A DNA stretch of 64,000 nucleotides from Actinomycetota bacterium (GCA_036258555.1 DATADL010000250.1:1226-65225), one strand, 5' to 3'; counted from the first letter of the stretch, positions 53,565 through 63,396 are shown. Made by a program: numbers and translations. Notes: generated by a model from the letters alone, not told the origin.

Positions 53565-54794
53565 GTGACCACACATCTCATCGGGTTGTTGTTGGGAACC
53601 GAGGAGGACTGGCCCGGCGCGTTCGAGGGCATCATGCGGCGGCTCGCGCCCAAGATCGAGTTCAAGGGCGAGACCTACACGTTCGAGACCGAGCGCGTGA
53701 CGATCGAGCCGTTCGACCTCCGCGCCGTCCCCCGCCACTCGCTCGTCATCGACCGGCTCGCCCACTGGTACTACGTCCCGCGCGAGTGGCTGAAGAAGGT
53801 CGCGTTGATGAACGACGTCTACCTGATGAACAACCCCTTCACGTTCCAGTCGATGGAGAAGCACGCCGCGTACTGCGCCATGATCCGGCTCGGCCTCAAG
53901 GTCCCCGAGACGTGGATGATCCCGACGAAGAAACCGCCGGAGAACCCGCGCTTCCCCTACACCGCCGAGCGCTACAACCAGCCGTTCGACCTGTCGGAGG
54001 TCGCCGACAAGGTCGGGTACCCGCTGTTCATGAAGCCGTTCGACGGCGGCGCGTGGGTCGGCGTGACCCGCATCGCCGACGACATCGAGCTCCACCACTG
54101 GTACGACCAGTCGGGCGAGAGGCTCATGCACCTCCAGCAGGCGATCGAGGACTTCGACGTCTTCTCGCGGTCCCTGTCGATCGGAGCCGAGACGATGGTG
54201 ATGCGCTTCGAGCCGTCGCGCCCGATGCACGACCGCTACCAGGTGTCGCACGGGTTCCTCTCCCCGGACGTGGGCCGGGAGGTCGTGAACATCGGACGCA
54301 TCGTGAACTCGTTCTTCCGGTGGGAGTTCAACTCGTGCGAGACGCTCGTGAAGGGACGGGACGTCTTCCCCATCGACTACGCGAACGCGTGCCCCGACAT
54401 CTCGATAATCAGCCTGCACTACTACTTCCCGTGGGCGATCAAGGCCCTGGTGAAGTGGGCGGTGTACTGCACGGTCACGGGACGGCGCATGCGCGTCGAC
54501 CTCGACCCCCGGCCGTTCTTCGACGTCGCGGACCGGACGGACCTGACGTACGAGGAGAAGATCGACGAGTACGGCCGGCTGGCCGACGAGTACTTCGAGA
54601 CGGCGGCGTACCACGAGTTCTGCGCCGAGCACCTGCCGCACGTCGACGAGGTCGTCCTGGAGTACTTCGAGAGCCCCGAGTTCGACACGCTGCTGGTCGA
54701 CACGGTCCGCGCGACGTTCCCCGAGCACGAGCACGACCACTTCGTGCCGCACTACCGGGGCCTGCTGGGGGCCTGGGCGAAGGACCAGCGCTAG
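53565..54794 (+). CDS. ATP-grasp-fold protein (RimK/glutathione-synthetase-like ligase), unknown substrate
   Basis: The central YPLFMKPFDGGAWVGV...L..QQ and surrounding pattern resemble the ATP-grasp core. 409 aa. Confidence 0.6.
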   Translation: MTTHLIGLLLGTEEDWPGAFEGIMRRLAPKIEFKGETYTFETERVTIEPFDLRAVPRHSLVIDRLAHWYYVPREWLKKVALMNDVYLMNNPFTFQSMEKHAAYCAMIRLGLKVPETWMIPTKKPPENPRFPYTAERYNQPFDLSEVADKVGYPLFMKPFDGGAWVGVTRIADDIELHHWYDQSGERLMHLQQAIEDFDVFSRSLSIGAETMVMRFEPSRPMHDRYQVSHGFLSPDVGREVVNIGRIVNSFFRWEFNSCETLVKGRDVFPIDYANACPDISIISLHYYFPWAIKALVKWAVYCTVTGRRMRVDLDPRPFFDVADRTDLTYEEKIDEYGRLADEYFETAAYHEFCAEHLPHVDEVVLEYFESPEFDTLLVDTVRATFPEHEHDHFVPHYRGLLGAWAKDQR

Positions 54795-54846
54795 CCGGCT
54801 CAGGCGGGCCGAGCTCAGTCGAAGGCCGGAAGATCCCGGCGGGCCC

Positions 54847-56496
54847 TCAGCTGCTCCAGAGGAGCTCGCCGGAAGCGCCGTCCAGGACCAGCTCGACGTC
54901 TCCGGCCCCACCCGGGAGGTCGAGGAACAGGAGGTCGGGCCCGGTCTCGGTCCGGACGACCTCGACACCCCACGTGCACGGCTTGGAGCGCGGGTCGACC
55001 GGGAGCCGCGTCGTCCACAGCACGTCCCCGGAGCCGCCGTCGAGACCCGACACACTGAGCCCCCGGGCCCTTCTGTGGAACTCGACCGCGTCGCTGGTCG
55101 CGCCGGTGAACGAGCCTTCGAGGGGGAAGTACGTCGACCCCGCGCGGACGACGTCTCCCGTCCTGCCGTCCACGAGGTGCTGACGGCTGCCACGGATCCA
55201 CAAGCTGTCGCCGTCGTCGTCGAGGAGCTCGACGTCCACGCGGACGTCGGCGGCGCCGTCGCCGGTCGCATCTCCCACCGAATAGCTCCATCCCCACCCC
55301 CAGGGTGAGTGGTGGAAGCGCCCGGAGTACGCGAAGGACCGCTCCCACGACCACCCCGAACGGGCGCCCGTGCGCAGCACGTCGTGCACGATCGTCCCGT
55401 CGCGGTGCACGGTCGTGTCGCCCATCAGGACGTCCGCCCCGCGCTCCCCCGGGACGATGGCGTCGGCGTAGCCCCCGGCCGACCACGAGGTCTCCCCCGT
55501 CGCCCCGTCCAGGGCCGCGAGCCGGAGGGGCCGGGCCTGCTGCACCAGCAACTCCGCGCGCTCGTCGCCGACGACGTCGGCCGAGTCCGGGACGTGCAGG
55601 AAGCCCCAGGGCGGCCGCAGGGGGATGCTCCACGCCGGGTCGGAGGAGACGTCGTGCCGGAGCTCCATCGTCACGTCGTCCGCCGCGTAGGTGGAGGTCT
55701 GGACCACGAAGTCGATCGCTCGCGGTCCCGAGACCCCGCGCACGGCATCGACCGCGACCTCGTCCACGCCGTCGGTGACGTAGGTCCCGAGCTCGACCGT
55801 CGCTCCCGTAACCCCGGAGATCCGTTCCAGCGCGACGACCGACGAGGTCTTCAGGGAATAGGCGCTCTTCGTCGTCGCGACGACGAGGTCGGTGGGACCG
55901 CCGCCCTCCTCGAAGACCTCGACGGAATGGACGCCCAGGGCGGCCGACGCGTTCGGGACCCAGTGGGTCACCCGATCCCATCTCCGCCGCCACAGGGAGA
56001 TCCCCCGCCGGTCGATCGCGCCGATCGTGAGACTGTCCTCGGGCCACCCCGCGAACGACGACGACAGGTAGAAGATGCCCGCGCCGTGCGGGCCGAGGTC
56101 GGCGCCGGTCGCGTAAGCCCACCCGGGGACCTCGACGGGCGCACGGAAGAGCGGTTCACCGGTTCTGCCGTCCAGGATCGCGAGCTCGGTCGCGTAGGCA
56201 GGGCTGGTCGTGTACCGAGCGTGGAGGACGTCGTCGGTCCCGTCGCCGTCGACGTCGCCGACCGGGTAGGCCGAGTCACACTCGCACGCGTCCCGGCCGC
56301 GCATCTCGTCCACCTGCTCGAGGAAGGCCGGCCCGTGCGGGAGCTTCTCGATGCTCCGCACGACTCCCGGTGACCCGAACGACGGCCGGTCGTGTGCTGG
56401 GACGGCGGGAGCCGCACCTGCGACGTCCGCCAAGGAGCACAGCAGCACGCCCGCTACGACCGCGCCGCCCCTCCTGCCGCGAGCTGCTCGCACCAT
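54847..56496 (-). CDS. Secreted FG-GAP/PQQ-like beta-propeller protein
   Basis: Signal peptide. VGDVDGDGTDDVL and VGDATGDGAADV calcium-loop-like motifs. Recurrent DG.TG...W blades. Confidence 0.65.
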   Translation of the reverse strand: MVRAARGRRGGAVVAGVLLCSLADVAGAAPAVPAHDRPSFGSPGVVRSIEKLPHGPAFLEQVDEMRGRDACECDSAYPVGDVDGDGTDDVLHARYTTSPAYATELAILDGRTGEPLFRAPVEVPGWAYATGADLGPHGAGIFYLSSSFAGWPEDSLTIGAIDRRGISLWRRRWDRVTHWVPNASAALGVHSVEVFEEGGGPTDLVVATTKSAYSLKTSSVVALERISGVTGATVELGTYVTDGVDEVAVDAVRGVSGPRAIDFVVQTSTYAADDVTMELRHDVSSDPAWSIPLRPPWGFLHVPDSADVVGDERAELLVQQARPLRLAALDGATGETSWSAGGYADAIVPGERGADVLMGDTTVHRDGTIVHDVLRTGARSGWSWERSFAYSGRFHHSPWGWGWSYSVGDATGDGAADVRVDVELLDDDGDSLWIRGSRQHLVDGRTGDVVRAGSTYFPLEGSFTGATSDAVEFHRRARGLSVSGLDGGSGDVLWTTRLPVDPRSKPCTWGVEVVRTETGPDLLFLDLPGGAGDVELVLDGASGELLWSS

Positions 56497-56630
56497 TCCC
56501 GGTCCCGCCTCGCTCGACTCAGTGCCCGTAGTCGAGACTCCCGGGGCCCGCCAGGGGTTCCGGCCGGTTCTTTGGTCGATTACTCCCGTATTCCGGGAGC
56601 TCTCGACCGGAGAAACGGTGCGAGCGGCGG

Positions 56631-57587
56631 CTAGCTCGCCTTGCGGATCGCCTTCACCAGCTGGTCCTTGCCCATCTTCGACCGGCCCGCGATCTCGAGC
56701 TCCTTCGCTCGGTCCAGCAGCTCCTGCTTCGACAGGCCCGACAGGTCCTCGTCGCCGGACGAGGCCTTCGCGCCGGCGGCTTTCTTCGGCAGGGTCGGCT
56801 TCTTGCCCTGACGAGCGGCGTCCACCGACGCTCGCAGGGCCTCCATCAGGTCGACGACCTGGCCCGTCGGCTCCGGCTCCGGCGGGACGACGATCTCGTC
56901 ACCCTTGATCTTCTTGTCGATCAGCTTCTTGAGGGCCTTGTGGTACTCGTCCTTGAACTCCTTCGGGTCGAAGTCCGACGAGAGGTGCTGGATGAGCTGG
57001 CGCGCCATCTTGCGCTCGCGGTCGTCGACTTTCGGCCTCTTGCGGAGCTGGTCGAACTTCGCGTCGCGGATCTCCTCGGGCCAGTGCATGGTCTGCAGCA
57101 CGAGCGTCCCGTCCTTCACGCGCATCGCCGCGAGGTGCTCGCGCTCGCGCAACGCGACCTTGCAGACGCCGACGAGGTGCTCGTCCTCGAGCGCGTCGAC
57201 GATGAGCCGGTACGCCTTCACGGCCTGCTCGTCGGGGACCATGTAGTAGCTCTTGTCGAAGAAGATCGGGTCGATCTGCTCGCTCGGCGCGAACGTAACG
57301 ACGTCGATCGTCCGCAGCGACTCGAGCTCGAGGGCCTCGAGGTCGTCGTCGGTGATCGTGACCCACTTCCCCTTCTTGTACTCGTAGCCCTTGACGATCT
57401 CGTCCCAGTCGATGTCCTTGTGACCCTTGTCGCACTTCCGCTCGTAGTGGATGCGCGCGCCGTCTTTCTCGTGGAGGAGGTGGAAGTCGAACTTCTCCTC
57501 CTCCCTGCCGACGGCCGAGTAGAGCCCGACCGGGATCGTTATCAGGCCGAACGTGATGGAACCCTTCCAGATCGCCCTGGGAGCCAT
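56631..57587 (-). CDS. ku: Ku protein (NHEJ DNA-end binding) with a C-terminal HeH/Rho_N-like motif
   Basis: ATG at 57587. RAIWKGSITFGLITIPVGLYSA is the canonical bacterial Ku N-terminus. The tail is SKQELLDRAKELEIAGRSKMGKDQLVKAIRK. Confidence 0.9.
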   Translation of the reverse strand: MAPRAIWKGSITFGLITIPVGLYSAVGREEEKFDFHLLHEKDGARIHYERKCDKGHKDIDWDEIVKGYEYKKGKWVTITDDDLEALELESLRTIDVVTFAPSEQIDPIFFDKSYYMVPDEQAVKAYRLIVDALEDEHLVGVCKVALREREHLAAMRVKDGTLVLQTMHWPEEIRDAKFDQLRKRPKVDDRERKMARQLIQHLSSDFDPKEFKDEYHKALKKLIDKKIKGDEIVVPPEPEPTGQVVDLMEALRASVDAARQGKKPTLPKKAAGAKASSGDEDLSGLSKQELLDRAKELEIAGRSKMGKDQLVKAIRKAS

Positions 57588-57663
57588 GCCGCAGCCGTAC
57601 CCGGTGGGGGGCCGCGAAAAACGCCGGAGGGTGGCCCTGGGTGCCCGTGGGAAAGGAAGGAGC

Positions 57664-58854
57664 ATGTGGTCTCGCGGCGCGCTGGCCTTCGTCCTCCTGG
57701 TGGTCACGGCTGATCTCCGAACTGCCGTCGCGCAGGAGGACGTCCGCTGCTTCGGTGCTGCACCCACGATCGCGGGCACGCCCGGCGACGACGTGCTCAC
57801 CGGGACGGAGGGCGACGACGTCATCCACGGGCTCGGCGGCGACGACGTCGTCGAGGGACGCGGCGGCGACGATGCGATCTGCGGCGGCGACGAGGACCCC
57901 GACGAGGAGAACACGGGCGACGACGTGTCCGGCGGTCCGGGCGCGGATCGCATCGACGGCGGGTACGGCCACGACGTTGCGGCGGGCAACGCCGGCGACG
58001 ACCTCCTGCGCGACCCCGACGGGATCGACGCGCTGGACGGCGGGGACGGCGACGACACGATCAAAGGCGGCAACGACCCCGACAGGCTCGCGGGGGGGCG
58101 AGGTGACGACGTGATCGACGGCGGGAGGCGCGGCGGCGACGGGGACGACGACGTCGTGGTCCACCCCGAAGCGCCGCGCGGTGTCACCGTCGACCTCGAA
58201 GCACAGACCGTCCGAGGCGAGGGACGCGACGTCCTGGACGACGTCGAGCACGCCGTGGGCGGGCCTCACGACGACGTGATCCGCGGGACCGTGGAGCCCA
58301 ACACCCTGTCCGGGGGGAACGGCCACGACGTCGTGAGGGGGAGAGGCGGGCCGGACAACGTCTCGGGAGGACCGGGCAACGATCTCGTCGGGGGCGGGGA
58401 AGGGAGCGACACGGTCTCGTTCCACGGACCGTTCGGCCCGGTGACGGTCGACCTCGCCGGCGGGACCGCGCGCGGGTTGGGGCGTGATCGGCTACGGCAG
58501 ATCGAGTCGGTCCGCGGAACGTCGCGGGACGACCGCATCTACGGGGGCCGCGGCCGGAACGTCCTCGCGCCCGGGCTCGGCAGTGACGTCGTCCGCGCCC
58601 GGGGCGGGCGCGACCACGTCTACGGCGATCGCGGCCGCGACGTCCTATACGGGGGCCGCGGCGACGACGAGGTCGTCGACGACGACGGCGCCGACCGGTT
58701 CTTCGGCGGCGACGGCGACGACACGCTGCGGGACTACTTCCACGAGGGAGAGCGGGGGGACGACACGATGGACGGAGGTCGCGGCCGCGACACCTGCGTC
58801 AACGGCGAGACGAGACGGAGGTGCGAGCGGAACCTGGCTTCGGCCCCCGCCTGA
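57664..58854 (+). CDS. Secreted calcium-binding RTX-like repeat protein (hemolysin-type GGxGxD repeats)
   Basis: Signal peptide. Many G(T/G/R)xGDD repeats, e.g. GTPGDDVLTGTEGDDVIHGLGGDDVVEGRGGDD. Confidence 0.8.
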   Translation: MWSRGALAFVLLVVTADLRTAVAQEDVRCFGAAPTIAGTPGDDVLTGTEGDDVIHGLGGDDVVEGRGGDDAICGGDEDPDEENTGDDVSGGPGADRIDGGYGHDVAAGNAGDDLLRDPDGIDALDGGDGDDTIKGGNDPDRLAGGRGDDVIDGGRRGGDGDDDVVVHPEAPRGVTVDLEAQTVRGEGRDVLDDVEHAVGGPHDDVIRGTVEPNTLSGGNGHDVVRGRGGPDNVSGGPGNDLVGGGEGSDTVSFHGPFGPVTVDLAGGTARGLGRDRLRQIESVRGTSRDDRIYGGRGRNVLAPGLGSDVVRARGGRDHVYGDRGRDVLYGGRGDDEVVDDDGADRFFGGDGDDTLRDYFHEGERGDDTMDGGRGRDTCVNGETRRRCERNLASAPA

Positions 58855-58889
58855 CGGGAGAGCGATACACGATCGAGAGGAGGCAGGAG

Positions 58890-59156
58890 ATGGCGAAGGA
58901 CCACGGACCGTCGGTCAAGAACGACGAGCAGTACGAGGCGCTCCGCGACGAGGGCATGTCGAAGGAGAAGGCCGCCCGCATCGCGAACGCGTCGGCGAAC
59001 GAAGGGAAGTCCGAGGTGGCGCGGCGCGGTGGCGAGTCCGGCAGCTACGAGGACTGGTCCAAGGAGGACCTCTACGAGAAGGCGAAAGAGGTCGGCATCG
59101 AGGGCCGCGCCGACATGGACAAGGACGAGCTGATCTCGGCCCTGCGCAACCACTGA
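58890..59156 (+). CDS. Small hydrophilic protein (88 aa) with a C-terminal HeH/Rho_N-like motif
   Basis: ATG at 58890 with a GAGAGGAGG RBS. The tail SKEDLYEKAKEVGIEGRADMDKDELISALR parallels the Ku tail. Confidence 0.7.
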   Translation: MAKDHGPSVKNDEQYEALRDEGMSKEKAARIANASANEGKSEVARRGGESGSYEDWSKEDLYEKAKEVGIEGRADMDKDELISALRNH

Positions 59157-59800
59157 TCCGGCCGCGTAGCGGCACGCCACCACTCCCTGGGGTCGCACTC
59201 GGTCTCGAGCACGAACCTGACGGCCGCGACTATGCCGCCGTTCGCGTCGACGGGGAGGTCGCGGCCGAACACCGTCCCCTCCGCGCTCATCCGCCGGTAG
59301 ACGCCGCGTCCCTCGCCCTCGCGGGCGTCGCAGCCTTCGGTTCGGTGATAGGTCCCGGGTAGGAACTCGAACGGGCGCTCGACTGCGTCGTACGCGGTCC
59401 AGTCCGCGCTGTGCTCGACGCCGCGGGCTCCGAACGCCACCGACGCGCTCGAGAGGTCGTGGGCGAACTCGAACCTCGACGGCTTGCCGCGAGCGTGCTC
59501 GTAGGGCCCCATGTCGCTGCTGCACGTCAGCCCGTCGCCCTCGCGCCGGCAGTCCATCCGGTCGGCGGTGGCGAAGTAGAGCACCTCGCCGGACTCGAGG
59601 TCCTCGTACCGGGCGGCGTCTATCATGAAGACCCGGTAACGGCCCTCGCGGCGCTGCGGGATCTCCCACCACGCGCTCACGTCGTCGACGAGGTAGCGGC
59701 GCGGTTCGTCGACCGTCCCCGCGGCGGGACCGGCCGCCCCCGCGACCAGCAGCAACGAGGCGACCAGCGCCATCCCCCGAGTCCGCCGCATACGGATCAT
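59072..59800 (-). CDS. Secreted hypothetical protein (242 aa)
   Basis: Signal peptide MALVASLLLVAGAAGPAAG. Its 3' end overlaps the convergent gene by 85 nt, so the true C-terminus is uncertain. Confidence 0.55.
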   Translation of the reverse strand: MIRMRRTRGMALVASLLLVAGAAGPAAGTVDEPRRYLVDDVSAWWEIPQRREGRYRVFMIDAARYEDLESGEVLYFATADRMDCRREGDGLTCSSDMGPYEHARGKPSRFEFAHDLSSASVAFGARGVEHSADWTAYDAVERPFEFLPGTYHRTEGCDAREGEGRGVYRRMSAEGTVFGRDLPVDANGGIVAAVRFVLETECDPREWWRAATRPDQWLRRAEISSSLSMSARPSMPTSFAFS

Positions 59801-59904
59801 GTTCGCCGCGGCCGGGCGCAGACCTCCGGTCGTAATCCGGCTTTCCGGGGACGACGCTGGATAGCCTCAGAGGCCCGGCGGCACGAGGACGAAACGGAGG
59901 ACGG

Positions 59905-60558
59905 ATGGCAGGCGCGGTGCTCATGACTCTCGTGCTCACGGTGATCGTGGGTGTCACGGCTTATCTCGTCGGGACGCTGATCAAGAGCATCCAGAACGAG
60001 AAGAAGACGCGCATGCGGCTGTGGAAGAACTTCGGGCTCAGCCTCGGGTTCTGCCTTCTCTTCTTCGTCAGCTGGGCGGCTCACGGCGTCGCCGAGTGGC
60101 AGAGCTTCACGGACGAGCAGAGGTCGCACGGCGAGAAGCCGGAGGTCGGCGACTTCGTCGCGCAGTTCTCGCGGGCGACGCTCGAGAACTGGCAGTCCGA
60201 GTTCCTGCAGCTCTTCTCGTTCACGGTGATGGCGGCGGTCCTCATCCACAAGGGCAGCGCCAAGTCGCGCGACTCGGACGACGGCATCCAGGCCGCGCTC
60301 AAGCGGATCGAAGACAAGCTGGGGACCGAGCCGACCGCCCGCGACGAGCCCCTCCGCCAGGGGAAGGACCTCCACGTCGTGCCCGACGACTTCGAGGGCT
60401 GGGCGCTCAAGGACGAGTCCGCCACCGAGCCCGAGGGCTACTATGACAAGCAGGAGGAAGCGATCGCCGCGGGGCGCGAGCTCGCGCGCAAGAACGGCGT
60501 GAAGCTGCTCGTCCACGGGCAGGACGGCCTGGTCCGGGACGAGGCACGCTCGGGTTAG
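59905..60558 (+). CDS. Fusion protein: N-terminal membrane domain (NWQSEFLQ motif) plus a C-terminal DUF2188-like domain
   Basis: Three hydrophobic segments. The C-terminal HVVPDDFEGWALKDE....EGYYDKQEEAIAAGRELARKNGVKLLVHGQDGLVRDE matches the DUF2188 pattern as I recall it. Confidence 0.7.
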   Translation: MAGAVLMTLVLTVIVGVTAYLVGTLIKSIQNEKKTRMRLWKNFGLSLGFCLLFFVSWAAHGVAEWQSFTDEQRSHGEKPEVGDFVAQFSRATLENWQSEFLQLFSFTVMAAVLIHKGSAKSRDSDDGIQAALKRIEDKLGTEPTARDEPLRQGKDLHVVPDDFEGWALKDESATEPEGYYDKQEEAIAAGRELARKNGVKLLVHGQDGLVRDEARSG

Positions 60559-60590
60559 GCCTCGCTGCGCGTCTTTACTTTTGCCCTCGG

Positions 60591-61145
60591 GTGCCGCATG
60601 CTCGGTCCGCTGTGGCGACCAACGACCAGACGCTACGTCCTCACCCGGCGTCGGGTGACGTCACGATCACGGGTGAGGTGAGCTCCGTCCAGCAACGCAC
60701 GGAGTGGATGAACGAGGGCTCGCGGAGCATCTGGACGTTCCGGCTCGAGGGCACCGACCAGAACGGGGTCCGCCGCGGCCCGGTCCAGGTCGAGATGCGC
60801 GGGATCTCGTTCGAGGGCAGCCTGACGAACGGCGATTCTGTGCGCGTGACCGGACGATGGCGCCGCGGCGCCATACGGGCGAACGAGGTCGAGAACCTGA
60901 CGACGGGCGCGCTCGTCCGCGCGAAGAACTACACCGGGCTCAAGGTCGCGGCCATCGTCGTGTTCGTCGGGGTCGCCGGGACGATCGCGTTCTTCGCCGT
61001 CGGCTCGGCGCGCGACGCCGCGGAGAGGCGCGAGCAGATACAGCAGCGACAGCAGGAGCTGATGAACCAGCAGGGTGACGTCTCCGAGGAGTTCTGCGAG
61101 ACGGCGAAGGAAGCGGGTCTTGCTCCTCCTCAGTGCGAGGAGTGA
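60591..61145 (+). CDS. Hypothetical single-pass membrane protein (184 aa)
   Basis: One transmembrane segment (LKVAAIVVFVGVAGTIAFFAV) after a soluble beta-type N-domain. The start is uncertain. Confidence 0.5.
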   Translation: MPHARSAVATNDQTLRPHPASGDVTITGEVSSVQQRTEWMNEGSRSIWTFRLEGTDQNGVRRGPVQVEMRGISFEGSLTNGDSVRVTGRWRRGAIRANEVENLTTGALVRAKNYTGLKVAAIVVFVGVAGTIAFFAVGSARDAAERREQIQQRQQELMNQQGDVSEEFCETAKEAGLAPPQCEE

Positions 61146-62392
61146 GGCTCTCCCTGCCGGTAGCGTCGTAGCTGGGGGAACGCGGCGGCCACGGCGCCGG
61201 TTCCCAGCAGACACGCAGCCCCTCCGAGGACGACGGATGCAGGCGCGCCCACGAGCGACGCGGCGATCCCGGCCTCGACGTCGCCGAGCCGAGGCCCTCC
61301 CGCGACGACCATCAGGTTCACGGCGGTGACCCGGCCGCGCAGGGCGTCGGGCGTGTTCTCCTGCAACATCGTGCCGCGGAAGACCGCGCTCGCGACGTCG
61401 GCCGCGCCCGCGACCGCGAGGAACGTCATCGTGAGCGCCAGCGAGAACAACGTCAGACCGGCCAGCGTGATCGCGGCTCCCCAGATCGTCACGGCAACCA
61501 ACACGGCCATGCCCTGGGAGCGGACCCGCGTCACCCACCCGGACGTCAGGGCGCCGGCGAGCGCGCCGGCGGAGACCGACGCGTACAGGAGGCTCAGGGT
61601 CCCTGCGCCCCCGTCGAACGTCCGCTCGGCGAGGGCGGGGAAGACCGCGCGCGGCATCCCGAAGATCATCGCCACGAGATCGATCACGAAGATGGACAGG
61701 ATGAACGGTGTCCGGAACGAGAACCGCAGGCCCTCCTTCACGGCGTCGAGCGCGCCCTGCGCCACGGCCCCCTCCGGCGGCGCCGGCGGGACCCAACGCA
61801 GCGCGACGAGGGCCCCGACGAACGTGCACGCGTCGACGACGTAGGCCCATCCGATCCCGGCTCCGGCGATCAGCACGCCGGCGACGAGCGGGCCCACGAT
61901 CATCGTCACCTGGAACACCACCTGGCGCAGCGCCATGGCGGCCGCCATCTGTCCGGGCGCGACCAGCGACGGGATCATCGCCGAGCGTGCGGGCCGGTCG
62001 ATCGCGTCGAACGTCGATGCAACCGCGGTGAGCGCGTAGATCGCGGCCAGCGACGGGCTACCGGCGAACGTCACCGCCGCGAGCGCGAGCGACGTCGCCA
62101 TCATCGCGAGCTGCGTCCGGGCGATCAGAGCGCGGCGATCGGTTCGGTCCGCCCAGGCGCCGCCGAGGATCGAGAACGCGATCAGCGGCACCACCTCTGC
62201 CAGGCCGATCATGCCGACCGCCAGCACGGACCCCGTGATCTGGAAGACCTGGTACGGAACGGCGACGTAGCGGATCTGAGAACCGAGCAGGGACACCATC
62301 TGCCCGATCCACAGCGCGCGGTACGGGACGGACTCGCGCAGCAGCGATACGTCGAGCGCCAGCCGCCGGGCGGCTGCGAAGCGGCGGGCCAA
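61130..62392 (-). CDS. MFS transporter (EntS/MFS_3-like)
   Basis: 12 predicted transmembrane segments. N-terminal YRALWIGQMVSLLGSQI....VPYQV...TGS and GGAWADR.DRR motifs. Confidence 0.8.
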   Translation of the reverse strand: MARRFAAARRLALDVSLLRESVPYRALWIGQMVSLLGSQIRYVAVPYQVFQITGSVLAVGMIGLAEVVPLIAFSILGGAWADRTDRRALIARTQLAMMATSLALAAVTFAGSPSLAAIYALTAVASTFDAIDRPARSAMIPSLVAPGQMAAAMALRQVVFQVTMIVGPLVAGVLIAGAGIGWAYVVDACTFVGALVALRWVPPAPPEGAVAQGALDAVKEGLRFSFRTPFILSIFVIDLVAMIFGMPRAVFPALAERTFDGGAGTLSLLYASVSAGALAGALTSGWVTRVRSQGMAVLVAVTIWGAAITLAGLTLFSLALTMTFLAVAGAADVASAVFRGTMLQENTPDALRGRVTAVNLMVVAGGPRLGDVEAGIAASLVGAPASVVLGGAACLLGTGAVAAAFPQLRRYRQGEPHSSH

Positions 62393-62400
62393 CTAGAGCG

Positions 62401-63396
62401 TCAGTAGGCGGCGGAGAACTTCTTGAGCTTCTCCATGCGGTGGAGCGCGTCGATCAGACGCACCGTTCCCGAGCGCGAGCGCATGACGATCGACTGCGTG
62501 ATCGCGGCGCCCTCCCGGTAGCGGACGCCGTTGATCAGGTCGCCGTCCGTGACGCCCGTGGCCGCGAAGAAGACGTCCTCGCCCGAGACGAGGTCGTCGG
62601 TCGTCAGCACGCGGTCCAGGTCGTACCCCGCCTCGACCGCCGCATCCCGCTCCTGCTCGTTGCGGGGCCACAGCCGTCCCTGGATCACGCCACCTAGGCA
62701 CTTGATCGCGCACGCCGCGATGACGCCCTCGGGCGTGCCCCCGGTGCCCATGAGGAGGTCGACCGACGTACCCGAGCGTGCCGCGGATATCGCCCCCGCG
62801 ACATCGCCGTCGGTGATGAACCGGATGCGCGCGCCGGCCTCGCGCACCTCCTTCACGAGCTGCTCGTGGCGGGAGCGGTCGAGGATCGTCACCGTCACGT
62901 CGGAGACGTCCGACCGCTTCGCCTTCGCGACGCGCTTGACGTTCTCGGCCACCGGCGCCTCGATGTCCACGACGTCCGCGGCCTCCTCGCCGGCGGCGAT
63001 CTTCTCCATGTAGACGCACGGCCCGGGGTCGAACATCGTCCCGCGCTCGGCGAGCGCGACGACCGCCAGCGCGCCGTTCATCCCCTTCGACGTCAACGTC
63101 GTCCCGTCGATGGGGTCGACGGCGATGTCCACGACGGGGGGCTCGCCGTTGCCGATCCGCTCGCCGTTGTAGAGCATCGGCGCGTTGTCCTTCTCGCCCT
63201 CGCCGATCACGACGACGCCGTCCATCGGGACCGTGTCCATGAGCAGCCGCATCGCGTCGACGGCGGCCTGGTCCGCTGCCTCCTTGTCCCCGCGCCCCAT
63301 CCAGCGGGCCGCCGCCAGTGCCGCGGCCTCGGTCACGCGCACGAGCTCCAGCGCCAGGTTCCGGTCGGGAGCCTCGCCCGCGCGGGCTTGGGACAT
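62401..63396 (-). CDS. glpX: Class II fructose-1,6-bisphosphatase
   Basis: ATG at 63396 with a [59 protein letters not shown] and TGGTPEG are canonical GlpX motifs. Confidence 0.9.
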   Translation of the reverse strand: MSQARAGEAPDRNLALELVRVTEAAALAAARWMGRGDKEAADQAAVDAMRLLMDTVPMDGVVVIGEGEKDNAPMLYNGERIGNGEPPVVDIAVDPIDGTTLTSKGMNGALAVVALAERGTMFDPGPCVYMEKIAAGEEAADVVDIEAPVAENVKRVAKAKRSDVSDVTVTILDRSRHEQLVKEVREAGARIRFITDGDVAGAISAARSGTSVDLLMGTGGTPEGVIAACAIKCLGGVIQGRLWPRNEQERDAAVEAGYDLDRVLTTDDLVSGEDVFFAATGVTDGDLINGVRYREGAAITQSIVMRSRSGTVRLIDALHRMEKLKKFSAAY

